Assembly: GCA_024635455.1 (NCBI GenBank)
Contig: JAGXIU010000003.1
Location: 67,966-131,965, forward strand
Length of the DNA: 64,000 nucleotides
Source of the DNA: Candidatus Saccharimonadota bacterium
GTDB taxonomy: Bacteria; Patescibacteriota; Saccharimonadia; Saccharimonadales; SLHW01
Direction of reading: 5' to 3'
Part shown: piece after piece, positions 1 to 8,779 of the stretch
Layout: each line of letters begins with the position of its first letter
How positions within the stretch are numbered: the stretch's first letter is position 1
Made by a program: the position numbers and the translations under genes
The notes under the pieces: generated by a model
Database searches by the model: none
Seen by the model: only the letters and a program-made list of their open reading frames with translations
Told to the model about the DNA's origin: nothing

Positions 1-774
1 AGCAGTAGCCGTCGTTTTGTAGTTATTGGATCAAATGTCGCTGCGGAGTTGTTTGATGAGCTGGCGCCGATTGGTCGGTCCTTTCATGTAAACGATCAAA
101 GCTTTACCGTACGTGGCGTGTTTACCGATTTTCCAGATACATCAATTGCGCCGATTGCACCTGATTATGACGATGCTATTTTCGTGTCATACGAGGAAAA
201 TAAGCAAGTATCAAGCAACGGTCAAAATATCTATCAAATAATTGTTAGCCCAGAAGATCCATCGGAGAGTGCTGCCGTCACTGAGCGTATTCATATGACC
301 TTATTGAATTTACGACGTGGTTCGATTGACTTTACAGTATTGCAACGTTCCGACACGGTAGAAGTCTACGGCGATATACTTGATTCTCTAACAGTTGGTA
401 TTGCGGCAATTGCAGGCATTTCCCTGTTTGTTGCTGGAGTTGGCATAATGAATATAATGTTCGTGTCGGTTAGTGAGCGCACAGGTGAGATTGGCGTGCG
501 TAAAGCTATCGGTGCAACTAATACGCAGATTCTTGGACAGTTTATTACTGAGGCGATTGTACTAAGCTTACTCGGCGGTATCTTTGGTGTACTAGCTTCT
601 TTATTGGCTAATTATTTCTTACGATTACTCACGCCAATTGAGCCAGTCATATTGCCCGAAGTAATGATATTAGCCACCATTACCGCCTTTGCTGTCGGGG
701 TGCTATTCGGAACTGCGCCCGCAATCAAGGCGGCTCGTAAAGATCCAATTGAATCGTTGCGATATCGGCTATAG
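1..774 (+). CDS. ABC transporter permease, MacB/FtsX family (3' part; 5' end lies outside the window)
   Basis: Frame 1 is open from base 1 (SSSRRFVVIGSNVAAELF...) with no start codon in the window. C-terminal FtsX-type 4-TM domain with ...VSVSERTGEIGVRKAIGAT... and a terminal DPIESLRYRL. Confidence 0.8.
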   Translation, partial: SSSRRFVVIGSNVAAELFDELAPIGRSFHVNDQSFTVRGVFTDFPDTSIAPIAPDYDDAIFVSYEENKQVSSNGQNIYQIIVSPEDPSESAAVTERIHMTLLNLRRGSIDFTVLQRSDTVEVYGDILDSLTVGIAAIAGISLFVAGVGIMNIMFVSVSERTGEIGVRKAIGATNTQILGQFITEAIVLSLLGGIFGVLASLLANYFLRLLTPIEPVILPEVMILATITAFAVGVLFGTAPAIKAARKDPIESLRYRL

Positions 775-777
775 TGT

Positions 778-1221
778 ATGCTTCGTATTCGCATAATAAC
801 GGTCGGCAAAAAACACCACGATATCTATACAGACGCAATTGCCGAATACTCTAAGCGGCTGGCTCATTATTGCAAAATCAGCTGGGATATTATCCCGCCG
901 AGCAGCAAGTCTGAAGAATCAGGTCAAATTCAAAAACGGCTAAAAGATTGTACTGCCATATTGCTCGATGAGCGTGGCAAGCAATACGCAACTGAGAAGA
1001 TTATTCAACTGCTCGATAATGCTCAAACCTATGCAGATAATGAACTCACGTTTATTATCGGTGGTGCCTACGGAGTTGATCGGAGCTTGTTTGATAGAGC
1101 AGACCACGTGATCAGCCTAAGTCAGCTCGTTTTTCCGCACCAGCTTGTTCGTGTGATTCTGCTTGAGCAGTTGTACCGTAGCTTTGACACTCTCCGCGGT
1201 GGCGGCTATCACCACAGTTGA
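778..1221 (+). CDS. rlmH: 23S rRNA (pseudouridine1915-N3)-methyltransferase RlmH (SPOUT family)
   Basis: 147 aa. Contains MLRIRIITVGKK..., IIGGAYGVD..., FPHQLVRVILLEQLYRSF and GGGYHH, typical of RlmH. Starts 3 nt after the upstream stop. Confidence 0.9.
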   Translation: MLRIRIITVGKKHHDIYTDAIAEYSKRLAHYCKISWDIIPPSSKSEESGQIQKRLKDCTAILLDERGKQYATEKIIQLLDNAQTYADNELTFIIGGAYGVDRSLFDRADHVISLSQLVFPHQLVRVILLEQLYRSFDTLRGGGYHHS

Positions 1222-1312
1222 AAAAGTACTTGCGCTACCAAAATGCCTATGCTAATTTATAAGTACTGTTAAAAAACCAAAAACTAAAAACAGTAAAAAA
1301 CCAAAAACCACT

Positions 1313-2575
1313 ATGCAAACAATCAAATCCCGTTTCCCTGCGATTATTATTAATCGAGTACTCATAACAATATTGAGCACTCTTGTATTGCTGTCTTCTA
1401 ACTTTAGTTTTCTTATTCATTCAGCTTCTGCCTATAGTCTTCTTGGCGACCGAGAAATTAAAATGTCAACATCAGAAGGCGGCGCAACAGGTGCAACCTA
1501 TGCAGTTGATTTCGATGTTGCAACCGCCAATGACATTGGTGGTATTGTGATAGCATTCTGTGCGGGCGCCAGCTCACCTATAATTGGTGACACAGACTGT
1601 GTTCATCCAACAGGATTCGATCTATCAAGCGCTGGAGTTGCAAACCTATCAAATGGTACCGGTGGTACTGTAAACCTGGCAGGTTTCACTTGGGCTTTCA
1701 CTGATCACGCTAATGCTGCTGGCACGAACACACTGGAGTTGACTAAATCTGCCCCAGAAGCCACAGGAATAACCATTGGTGATGCGGTACAGTTTGAGAT
1801 AACAGGCATTGTTAACCCAAGTACGATCGGTACATTTTACGCTCGTATCATGACATATGCAACGGAGGCAGAAGCGCAGAATTACACGCTCGCTGATCCA
1901 GACAATATCGCAACACACCCGATCGTTGAAGCCGGCGGTATCGCGCTCAGTACAGCTGAACAAATTGTTGTTGAAGCAAAGGTACAGGAGCGTCTGGAAT
2001 TTTGTGTCTATACCTCAGCTGCTGACTATACTGGTTGTTCAACAGTTAGTGTTAGTAATCCAGTCGTCCTGGGTGATGTTAATGGTGTACTCAGCTCAAC
2101 ACAACCTTCTATAAGTAAAGACACAAAATATAACATTACAACCAATGCTGGACAAGGCGCTACTGTTCGTATTAAGGGCACCACATTAACGTCAGGCCTC
2201 CTAACTATCGATCCAGTCGGTGATGTTACTCCAGGCGATGGTGTAGCCAATACAAGCTCAGTAGGTAGTGAACAGTTTGGCTTCTGTACTTATACTGATG
2301 CTGGTAGCCTTGACGCAGGTCTTACACCTAGCGCACCTTACAATGATGCGAGTTGCAACACTACAGTAGATGGACAGGGGCCTGGCAATGACGCAAGCGT
2401 TAACTTCGCATTTAATGACAGTGAGATGACAAGTACTTATGGTGATAGTATGGCTACGAAGTCATCTGGTGACTGGTCAACTGGAATTATGGTTTTATTG
2501 GGTAACGTATCAAATATAACCGAACCAGGCATATACGTTACGACATTTGACGTGATCGCTACCGGACGGTACTAA
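1313..2575 (+). CDS. Secreted/surface protein of unknown function (signal peptide, T/G/A/N-rich, conserved Cys pairs)
   Basis: 420 aa. N-terminal hydrophobic signal (LITILSTLVLLSS...SASA). No TM or sorting motif at the C-terminus. The antisense ORFs inside it look like shadows. Confidence 0.6.
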   Translation: MQTIKSRFPAIIINRVLITILSTLVLLSSNFSFLIHSASAYSLLGDREIKMSTSEGGATGATYAVDFDVATANDIGGIVIAFCAGASSPIIGDTDCVHPTGFDLSSAGVANLSNGTGGTVNLAGFTWAFTDHANAAGTNTLELTKSAPEATGITIGDAVQFEITGIVNPSTIGTFYARIMTYATEAEAQNYTLADPDNIATHPIVEAGGIALSTAEQIVVEAKVQERLEFCVYTSAADYTGCSTVSVSNPVVLGDVNGVLSSTQPSISKDTKYNITTNAGQGATVRIKGTTLTSGLLTIDPVGDVTPGDGVANTSSVGSEQFGFCTYTDAGSLDAGLTPSAPYNDASCNTTVDGQGPGNDASVNFAFNDSEMTSTYGDSMATKSSGDWSTGIMVLLGNVSNITEPGIYVTTFDVIATGRY

Positions 2576-2682
2576 AAAGAATCCTCGAAGTTTAATTGAT
2601 AGTTATATCGCGTCCAGTAAATAAAGCCGATAATTATAAAGAGCAGAATAATCAAAATAATAGTGCGCTTTGTTTCACTCAT
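2572..2682 (-). CDS. 36-aa single-TM micro-protein translationally coupled to the sortase gene
   Basis: My own translation gives MSETKRTIILIILLFIIIGFIYWTRYNYQLNFEDSF. Its ATG overlaps the sortase TGA (ATGA). It falls below the ORF-track length cutoff. Confidence 0.3.
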   Translation of the reverse strand: MSETKRTIILIILLFIIIGFIYWTRYNYQLNFEDSF

Positions 2683-3257
2683 GATTGCTCCCGTGCTGTT
2701 ATAACCAGTCTGTGCTCAGCCGTTAGAAGCGGCGTACAAGTGTAGATCGTTAATTGTTTTTCATCACTCGGTTTTTCTATACCGGTGCTATTAGCGGTCA
2801 CAGTTTTGATATCTTCGACGATGAACTTATGTACTTTCCCATTCCAACGTATCCCGACCTCATTACCAATTTCCAGTTTATCAAGGTGATATAGCGCCCC
2901 GAATGGCTGCTGGTAGGTAAAGCGATGTCCCGCTAAGATGATATTACCCTGCTCTTCAGGTGCTGCAGACATTGGCCGGAGCCAAACACCACCATCATTA
3001 ATCACACTTAAGCTGTCTCCGGTTACAATTGGTTCATCTACTAAAATAGCTGGGATTAGTAGTCGGTTGCCTAGGTTGGTTCCAGCAGTTATATCTCCAG
3101 AAATTTGATTCTCAATACGTAACTGATTAGCTGGGTTTCGTTGTTCTACCCAGTGCTGAAGAGACGGTATCAGCGGCAACAATAGTGCATAAAGCGACAA
3201 AGCTATCACGATAGCTGCTAGTGAGTTATTGACGCGTCGATGCGTTACGTACTTCAT
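2679..3257 (-). CDS. Sortase family transpeptidase (membrane-anchored; class E suspected)
   Basis: 192 aa. N-terminal TM (AAIVIALSLYALLLPLIP), catalytic His context ILAGHR, TLxTC-type motif QLTIYTCTP, and a downstream conserved Arg (EHRLVITA). Confidence 0.85.
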   Translation of the reverse strand: MKYVTHRRVNNSLAAIVIALSLYALLLPLIPSLQHWVEQRNPANQLRIENQISGDITAGTNLGNRLLIPAILVDEPIVTGDSLSVINDGGVWLRPMSAAPEEQGNIILAGHRFTYQQPFGALYHLDKLEIGNEVGIRWNGKVHKFIVEDIKTVTANSTGIEKPSDEKQLTIYTCTPLLTAEHRLVITAREQS

Positions 3258-3323
3258 GAAATGTATTATACGCCAAAGAAAATAGTGGAAAAATACTAAA
3301 CATTATTATATAATATAGATGGT

Positions 3324-3896
3324 ATGAGACATATTACCTTTTGGGTGTTTCAGATGAGCGTTGTCTTGGGTGTTATTTTTATGTCTGTTGCTATTTTTGG
3401 CGAGCTTCAATTGCCTACACAGGCTCGAGAAATCTCTGCTAACCAAGAAGTCCTTGCTCGGTCAACCTATTCCTTTGCTGCTACAGCTGAACCGATTGAC
3501 TCAAATGAAGTCCTCGCTCGCGTAAATAGCCAGCGTATATTAGCAGGACTTGCCTCGCTCCAGGCAAATGCTGAGTTAGAGCAAATTGCCCAGCAGCGAG
3601 CAGATGATATGCAGCGTGAAGCGTATTATGCACATCAAAGCCCAGTCACTGGTGAGCAATTTTCAGATATTTTACGCCAAAAACAAGTTGGTTACCGGTC
3701 TGCTTGTGAGAATTTAGACATGACCTTCTATACACAAACGGATGCTATCGTTGAAGATTGGCTGCAGAGCAACGCTGGACATCGTGAGTGTTTGTTAGCA
3801 CCATATGCTTCGCAGGCCGGTTATGCCGTCAGCTCGATGAAGCTAGACGGAAATCAAATAGCCTATATTGTCGTAGCGATTCACCTATCAGAATAG
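3324..3896 (+). CDS. CAP/SCP/PR-1 domain secreted protein (YkwD-like)
   Basis: 190 aa. Signal/TM at the N-terminus, then the pattern ...RVNSQRILAGLASLQANAELEQIAQQRADDM...AH...GENL...W..S.GHRECLL. Confidence 0.8.
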   Translation: MRHITFWVFQMSVVLGVIFMSVAIFGELQLPTQAREISANQEVLARSTYSFAATAEPIDSNEVLARVNSQRILAGLASLQANAELEQIAQQRADDMQREAYYAHQSPVTGEQFSDILRQKQVGYRSACENLDMTFYTQTDAIVEDWLQSNAGHRECLLAPYASQAGYAVSSMKLDGNQIAYIVVAIHLSE

Positions 3897-3899
3897 GGT

Positions 3900-4061
3900 T
3901 TATAAAATCAACGCGCTTAGGATGTAAACAGCAATAACTACAGTCAAAAGTGCCCAGGTGCCCGATACGTAGGTTTGTTTTTTCTTGCGACTAGTCAAGA
4001 AGCCATAGGTTCCAATCCATAGCCATATGAACAGTACTAAAAACGTCATGAATACTTGCAT
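3900..4061 (-). CDS. 53-aa two-TM small membrane protein (hypothetical)
   Basis: My own translation gives MQVFMTFLVLFIWLWIGTYGFLTSRKKKQTYVSGTWALLTVVIAVYILSALIL. It fills an otherwise empty 200-bp gap and is below the ORF-track cutoff. Confidence 0.35.
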   Translation of the reverse strand: MQVFMTFLVLFIWLWIGTYGFLTSRKKKQTYVSGTWALLTVVIAVYILSALIL

Positions 4062-4099
4062 ACTTGTTAGTATAGCAACCCGCTCACGCTTTTTCTAAA

Positions 4100-5410
4100 T
4101 TAGTAATTAAACTCTTCGAAGTAGAGTTGATTTTCGAGCCCGAGCTCTTTTGCCTGTGCCTCATACGCTCGCAGCATTGGTGGTGGTCCACACATATATA
4201 TTGCGTAATCATCGAGTGATCCGACCTGCTCAGCAATGGCAGCTAGCGATATAATGCCGAATGTTTCTTGGTCTAGGCAAGTATAGCTGAAGGCTTTGTG
4301 AGTTTTCTCTATAAGGTCAAGTTCATGCCGATCGACCGCTTCGTCTTTGGTTCTTGCGCAGTGCAACATAGTAACCTCAGGATATTGCTGGCTAGAATGA
4401 CGCAAGCTGTGTGCCTTGCTCAAGAAGGGCGTTATGCCAATACCTCCAGCAACCCAAAGCTGTTTTTTGTGTTTCCTATCATTGAAGGTAAAACCACCGT
4501 ATGGTCCTTTGATTCGTGCAGACGAACCTACCTTTAGGTCTTTCATGGCAGCCGTATGGTCGCCGAGTTGTTTGATGATGAGCCGCAACGTAGATTCTTT
4601 ATTGCTCGAGGCGATAGAGAAAGGGTGGTAGACACTATTACCAAACTGCTCAAAGGCAATGTAGATAAACTGACCTGGTGCATAGCTCAACATCCTGTAT
4701 CGTGGCTTCATTTCTATATCGATAATCTCACCTGGCAAGTTTTTCACTTTCGTCACTTTGTATGAGAGGTATGGATGTAAGAAGTCAGACAAAAGTGAAT
4801 AATGAATAAACGTCGCAGTTGCTAAGACAGCCAAGGTCACCATATACCAATACATGAATGGATTTTCTGATAAGACCGATCCGGACATCAGCGCATGGGT
4901 TGCACCCATAATAAATAATACGCCGAGCCACTTATGAACTCGTATAAATGTTTCGTGTTTTACTCGAGCAAAGATTGACCATACCCCAATCAAAACAAGA
5001 CTGTAGAGCGTGATTCGACCAAAAAGAACACCGATGCCGCTATAGCCAATGTAATGGTCCAGTAGATCACTTGAGCCCTCTAGCGCAATATGAGATACCG
5101 TCAGACCTAGTGGGTGCATGAGTAGTAGAGCAATACTAGTTGTGGCAAAAAAACGATGGGCAATGTAGACCTTATCGAGGCCACGGAACCATGTATCAAG
5201 AATCTTATAACGGCCGCTAAGGATTAGTGATATGGCGAACATGGACATGCCGGCGAATGCAGAGATTTTCTCCATAGCAATCCCAGTAAGCTCTAGTGTG
5301 GTTCGGTTGGTAAAATCATAACCAACCACCCACGCGACTGCTGGGATTGCGATAATAATAAAACTCATGACGAGTCCAGGCGTGATGCGAATTTTCTTAT
5401 CTATATCCAT
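4100..5410 (-). CDS. NOX/ferric-reductase-family flavocytochrome (6-TM ferric reductase domain fused to FAD/NAD(P)H dehydrogenase domain)
   Basis: 436 aa. Bis-His heme spacing H-x13-H (AHRFFATTSIALLLMH) and H-x12-H (VHKWLGVLFIMGATH). FAD motif HPFSIASS, NAD(P)H motif GGIGITPF, and a C-terminal MCGPPPM. Confidence 0.8.
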   Translation of the reverse strand: MDIDKKIRITPGLVMSFIIIAIPAVAWVVGYDFTNRTTLELTGIAMEKISAFAGMSMFAISLILSGRYKILDTWFRGLDKVYIAHRFFATTSIALLLMHPLGLTVSHIALEGSSDLLDHYIGYSGIGVLFGRITLYSLVLIGVWSIFARVKHETFIRVHKWLGVLFIMGATHALMSGSVLSENPFMYWYMVTLAVLATATFIHYSLLSDFLHPYLSYKVTKVKNLPGEIIDIEMKPRYRMLSYAPGQFIYIAFEQFGNSVYHPFSIASSNKESTLRLIIKQLGDHTAAMKDLKVGSSARIKGPYGGFTFNDRKHKKQLWVAGGIGITPFLSKAHSLRHSSQQYPEVTMLHCARTKDEAVDRHELDLIEKTHKAFSYTCLDQETFGIISLAAIAEQVGSLDDYAIYMCGPPPMLRAYEAQAKELGLENQLYFEEFNY

Positions 5411-5495
5411 AATGTGTTAAGCGTTAGTATAACAAGTTATGCTTATCCACGTAAGTATTTATTCATAAGCAACTTAGATGGTACAATAAATCGCG

Positions 5496-5786
5496 ATGAT
5501 GCAATTATTCTTAACACTACACATTGCTGGATCCTTGATGTTTATTGGCTATATGATACGAGCGCTCTACCAGCTCACGCTAGCAAAAGGTTCGGCAAAG
5601 AACAATACAAAGTGGGCGGCTGGCATAGGTGGATTCCAGATAGTAACTGGTTTCGCTATGGCGTTCACCAGCCCAAGTCTAAGTCTGCAAGCAGTTTGTG
5701 TGCGTGGGCTTATTCTCATCAGTATTTTGGTTGTTGTTACAAAGGCAGTTACTTGGCGGCTCGCTACCCCGCAATTAACTAATTAA
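5496..5786 (+). CDS. Small 3-TM membrane protein (hypothetical)
   Basis: 96 aa with clear hydrophobic helices. I preferred it over the overlapping 5414..5782 frame, which reads as low-quality sequence. No obvious SD. Confidence 0.4.
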   Translation: MMQLFLTLHIAGSLMFIGYMIRALYQLTLAKGSAKNNTKWAAGIGGFQIVTGFAMAFTSPSLSLQAVCVRGLILISILVVVTKAVTWRLATPQLTN

Positions 5787-5836
5787 TCGTTCTAGCCGCG
5801 CACCGATAGGGACAATTTAACTGGAGAGGTTTTAGT

Positions 5837-6526
5837 ATGAATAAACAAGCTCTTTCTGCTTTATTTTTAAACGCAACCCTCAAGCCAAGTCCGAGTCTAA
5901 GCCATACTAATGGACTGATTCAAAAGAGCCGCGATATCATGGAGGCGCAAGGCGTCACGACAGAAAGTATCCGTTTAGCTGATCACGCAATCGCCCCGGG
6001 GGTTTATCCAGATATGACTGAGCATGGGTTTGAAGTTGATGAATGGCCAGACATTCAAAAGAAGGTTATGCAAGCAGATATTCTCGTCCTCTGTGGACCA
6101 ATCTGGCTCGGCGATAATAGCTCTGAGATGCGCAAAGCCGTTGAACGACTTTATTCCTACTCAGGTGAGCTCAATCAACAAGGGCAATACGCCTATTACG
6201 GTCGTGTCGGCGGCTGTTTAATTACTGGCAATGAAGATGGTGTCAAGCACTGCGCTATGAGCCTACTATATAGCCTGCAGCACATTGGCTACACAATTCC
6301 ACCACAGGCTGACGCAGGTTGGATTGGTGAGATTGGCCCTGGGCCAAGTTATCTTGATGAGGGTTCAGGTGGCCCTGAAAACGACTTTACGAACCGCAAT
6401 CTTCGCATCATGACGTGGAACCTTATACATCTGGCTCAAATGTTGAAGGATGGCATACCAGCGCAAGGCAATCAACGTGATGACACGCCAGCAACAGACC
6501 CAGAAAACCCTGAATACCGTTCCTGA
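5837..6526 (+). CDS. Flavodoxin-like fold NAD(P)H-dependent FMN reductase family protein
   Basis: 229 aa. Contains LFLNATLKPSPSLSHT... and ADILVLCGPIWLGDNSSEMRKAVERL, the pattern of FMN_red/flavodoxin_2 families. SD GGAGAGG upstream. Confidence 0.75.
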   Translation: MNKQALSALFLNATLKPSPSLSHTNGLIQKSRDIMEAQGVTTESIRLADHAIAPGVYPDMTEHGFEVDEWPDIQKKVMQADILVLCGPIWLGDNSSEMRKAVERLYSYSGELNQQGQYAYYGRVGGCLITGNEDGVKHCAMSLLYSLQHIGYTIPPQADAGWIGEIGPGPSYLDEGSGGPENDFTNRNLRIMTWNLIHLAQMLKDGIPAQGNQRDDTPATDPENPEYRS

Positions 6527-6540
6527 AGCTACGAATCAGC

Positions 6541-7884
6541 CTATTCAAGCATCGATCGCAGATCATCACTGGCGGTTGGGAAGGCCATGATCGGTGCTTT
6601 GAGTTGTTCACGGGTTAAACCATGTTCTACAGCAAGTGCAAAGATATTGATTAAGTCTTCTGCGTGATTCCCTATCAAGTGTGCACCAAGGATCTTGTCA
6701 GTCTTATTTTCGACAATTATTTTACTCATGGCATATTTGATGCCGAGTCGTTTACTGTCGAACCAACCGGTTATATCATTGCGCACGACTACTACGTCTA
6801 GCCCAGCAGCTTGTGCAGATGCCTCGCTGTGCCCCACCATACCAACTGGTGGAGTAGTAAAGATAACGCTCGGTGTTGATAGATAGTTTGGTTGCGAGCG
6901 CTTTTCATCGTGTAGCAGATTATGCGCAACGATACCGCCCTGCACTCCAGCGACTGGTGATAGCGGTGGTCCTGCGTCGGCTGCATCGCCAGCTGCATAT
7001 ACATTGGGGTTACTGGTGCTTTTGAGGTTGGCATCGACGCTTACTCCTCGCTGTTTGTCGTATTCGACACCAGTCGCCTCGAGGTTTAGATCAGCAATAG
7101 CTGGTGGACGTCCGGCGCCGTTTACAACTAAGTCGCTTGCAAATGTTGTACCGTTTGCGACTACCGTAAATCCATCGCCATCACGCTCAACCTTTTCTAC
7201 TGGATGATTGAGCTCAACATTTATACCAGCTGATTTTGTGGCCTGCAGTAACGTATCAATGACATCTCTATCAAATATGGCTAATGGCGTATCATCGTTT
7301 TGTAAAATTGTTACCTCTGACCCAAAGCGAGCTGCAACATGAGCAAGCTCGAATGATACATATCCACCACCAATAAATACGATGCGCTTGGGTAGTTCAG
7401 CTAGCTCTAGGAAATCATCACTCGTTATAGCATATTCAAAGCCAGGTATTGGTAGCGTTGCAGGTTTGGCGCCAACTGCGATATGTACGTTTTTGCCACT
7501 GATTGTTTTGCCGTCAATCTCTAAAGTCAGATTATCAGTGAATCGTGGCGAACCCTCATACGTGTCTATACCGGCCTTAGTGAGAGCATCTTTCGTGTTG
7601 TCAGGGACACTGTCGGTGAAACTTCGTTTAAAGGCGATCGTCTTTGGCCAATTCATAGATATATCACCGTCGATAATGCCGATGTCTTGTAGCCGCCTGT
7701 GTGTATCAGCAACTTCTGCTGACCCAGCTAAGACTTTTTTTGGTATGCAACCGCGTACTGCGCAAGTACCGCCAAATGGACCATCGTTAATAACTGCAAC
7801 GTCCCAGCCTGCTTGACGGGCTTTGTTCGCAACTTGGAAGCCTGCTCCTCCGGAACCGAGTACGACTAAATCATATGTATGCAT
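6541..7884 (-). CDS. Class I pyridine nucleotide-disulfide oxidoreductase (glutathione/mycothione-reductase-like)
   Basis: 447 aa. FAD GxGxxG (VVLGSGGAG), redox-active CxxxxC (GGTCAVRGCIPKK), and a second dinucleotide fold (FIGGGYVSFELAH). The C-terminal dimer-interface motif reads AFPTASDDL rather than HP(T/S)xxE. Confidence 0.85.
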   Translation of the reverse strand: MHTYDLVVLGSGGAGFQVANKARQAGWDVAVINDGPFGGTCAVRGCIPKKVLAGSAEVADTHRRLQDIGIIDGDISMNWPKTIAFKRSFTDSVPDNTKDALTKAGIDTYEGSPRFTDNLTLEIDGKTISGKNVHIAVGAKPATLPIPGFEYAITSDDFLELAELPKRIVFIGGGYVSFELAHVAARFGSEVTILQNDDTPLAIFDRDVIDTLLQATKSAGINVELNHPVEKVERDGDGFTVVANGTTFASDLVVNGAGRPPAIADLNLEATGVEYDKQRGVSVDANLKSTSNPNVYAAGDAADAGPPLSPVAGVQGGIVAHNLLHDEKRSQPNYLSTPSVIFTTPPVGMVGHSEASAQAAGLDVVVVRNDITGWFDSKRLGIKYAMSKIIVENKTDKILGAHLIGNHAEDLINIFALAVEHGLTREQLKAPIMAFPTASDDLRSMLE

Positions 7885-7894
7885 AGGTCTCTCC

Positions 7895-8191
7895 TTATTG
7901 AACCGTTACTTTATTTGGGTAAAACGCGACGTAGTTAGTGAAATCAGTTCCCACGCGCTCTTTAGCCATATCAGATACATCTGGGTAGTACCATGCAGCA
8001 TTTTGTTCCTGCTCGTCATCAATCGTCAAAGTATAGTAGCTGGCCTCGCCCTTCCAAGGGCAGGTCGTGTGCATATCTGTCGGCACGAAGTAATTTTTGT
8101 TAACGCTCTCAGGTGGAAAATAATGGTTTCCTTCAATAAATACCGTATCGTCGCTATCCGCGATTACGTTGTCATTCCATAGTGCCTTCAT
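7895..8191 (-). CDS. DUF427 domain protein
   Basis: 98 aa. Contains NHYFPPESV...TCPWKGEASYYTL...AAWYYP, the DUF427 hallmark. Separated by 10 nt from the reductase gene. Confidence 0.85.
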   Translation of the reverse strand: MKALWNDNVIADSDDTVFIEGNHYFPPESVNKNYFVPTDMHTTCPWKGEASYYTLTIDDEQEQNAAWYYPDVSDMAKERVGTDFTNYVAFYPNKVTVQ

Positions 8192-8203
8192 AGTTTCTCC
8201 TTG

Positions 8204-8428
8204 TTATTGGTTATGTAGCTGAAGCAATGCTTGAGCCTGCAACGAAGCGGCCCTCTGCCCAAGGCTGTAAATCGAGTATAGCGTGAGAGTGATTGCAATC
8301 ATAAGGGCAATGTTGTCAATACTGCTGACGAATGCGGAGCTTGTCGAAGCTCCAAGTGTGCCCAGGATAGGCGTAATAATGGCAGTGCCACAAGCTGCAC
8401 ATCCACCGCCAAGCACAGCAAACAGCAC
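8204..8428 (-). CDS. Small membrane protein with an intramembrane CxxC (GGGCAACG); GTG start
   Basis: 74 aa with two hydrophobic helices. An upstream in-frame ATG (8533) is separated from this ORF by a TAG at 8459..8461 (see findings). Confidence 0.45.
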   Translation of the reverse strand: MLFAVLGGGCAACGTAIITPILGTLGASTSSAFVSSIDNIALMIAITLTLYSIYSLGQRAASLQAQALLQLHNQ

Positions 8429-8542
8429 ACTACCGCCGCTACCTTTGCTGCCTCGGGACTACTTGAGTCTAAGAAAATTAAGCTCGAAGAAATTATTACC
8501 AGGCCACCGGCGAGCCAAAAAAAATACCTTCATGCTACAACC

Positions 8543-8776
8543 CTAGAGGTTTAGCAAGCGCGACAGGGTTGGTTTATCAAAGCCGATGACATACTCATCA
8601 TCAATTTGCGTAACTGGTACGCCCATTTGCCCCGTGGCGTCTACCACGTGCTTGATGGCTGCTTGATCTTGGGTTAAGTCGACTTCTTTGTACTCTACTC
8701 CCTTATCTTTGAAAAAAGATTTTGTCATGTGGCAAAAGCTACATGTTGGGGTGGTATATATTGTTACGTTTTTCAT
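8543..8776 (-). CDS. Glutaredoxin-like protein (NrdH/YruB type)
   Basis: 77 aa. MKNVTIYTTPTCSFCHMTKSFF (CxxC), followed by ...GVPVTQIDDEYVIGFD. Confidence 0.85.
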   Translation of the reverse strand: MKNVTIYTTPTCSFCHMTKSFFKDKGVEYKEVDLTQDQAAIKHVVDATGQMGVPVTQIDDEYVIGFDKPTLSRLLNL

Positions 8777-8779
8777 AAG

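Noticed and set aside
5414-5782. 122-aa ORF overlapping the 96-aa membrane-protein frame
   Set aside because: Its translation lacks any structure-like pattern, whereas the alternative frame gives three clean TM helices. Neither has strong start signals, so even the retained call has low confidence.
2671-7625. parS-like (TGTTTCAC at about 2671; GTGAAAC at about 7615) and DnaA-box-like (TTATCCACG at 5447..5455) sequences
   Set aside because: These are isolated half-sites or single near-matches inside or next to genes, with no palindromic partner or clustering. They are consistent with chance.
6541-7884. Mercuric reductase (MerA) call for the disulfide oxidoreductase, given the ArsR/CxxC-membrane-protein context
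   Set aside because: There is no C-terminal Cys-Cys pair and no N-terminal HMA domain. The small membrane protein does not look like MerT, MerF or MerE.
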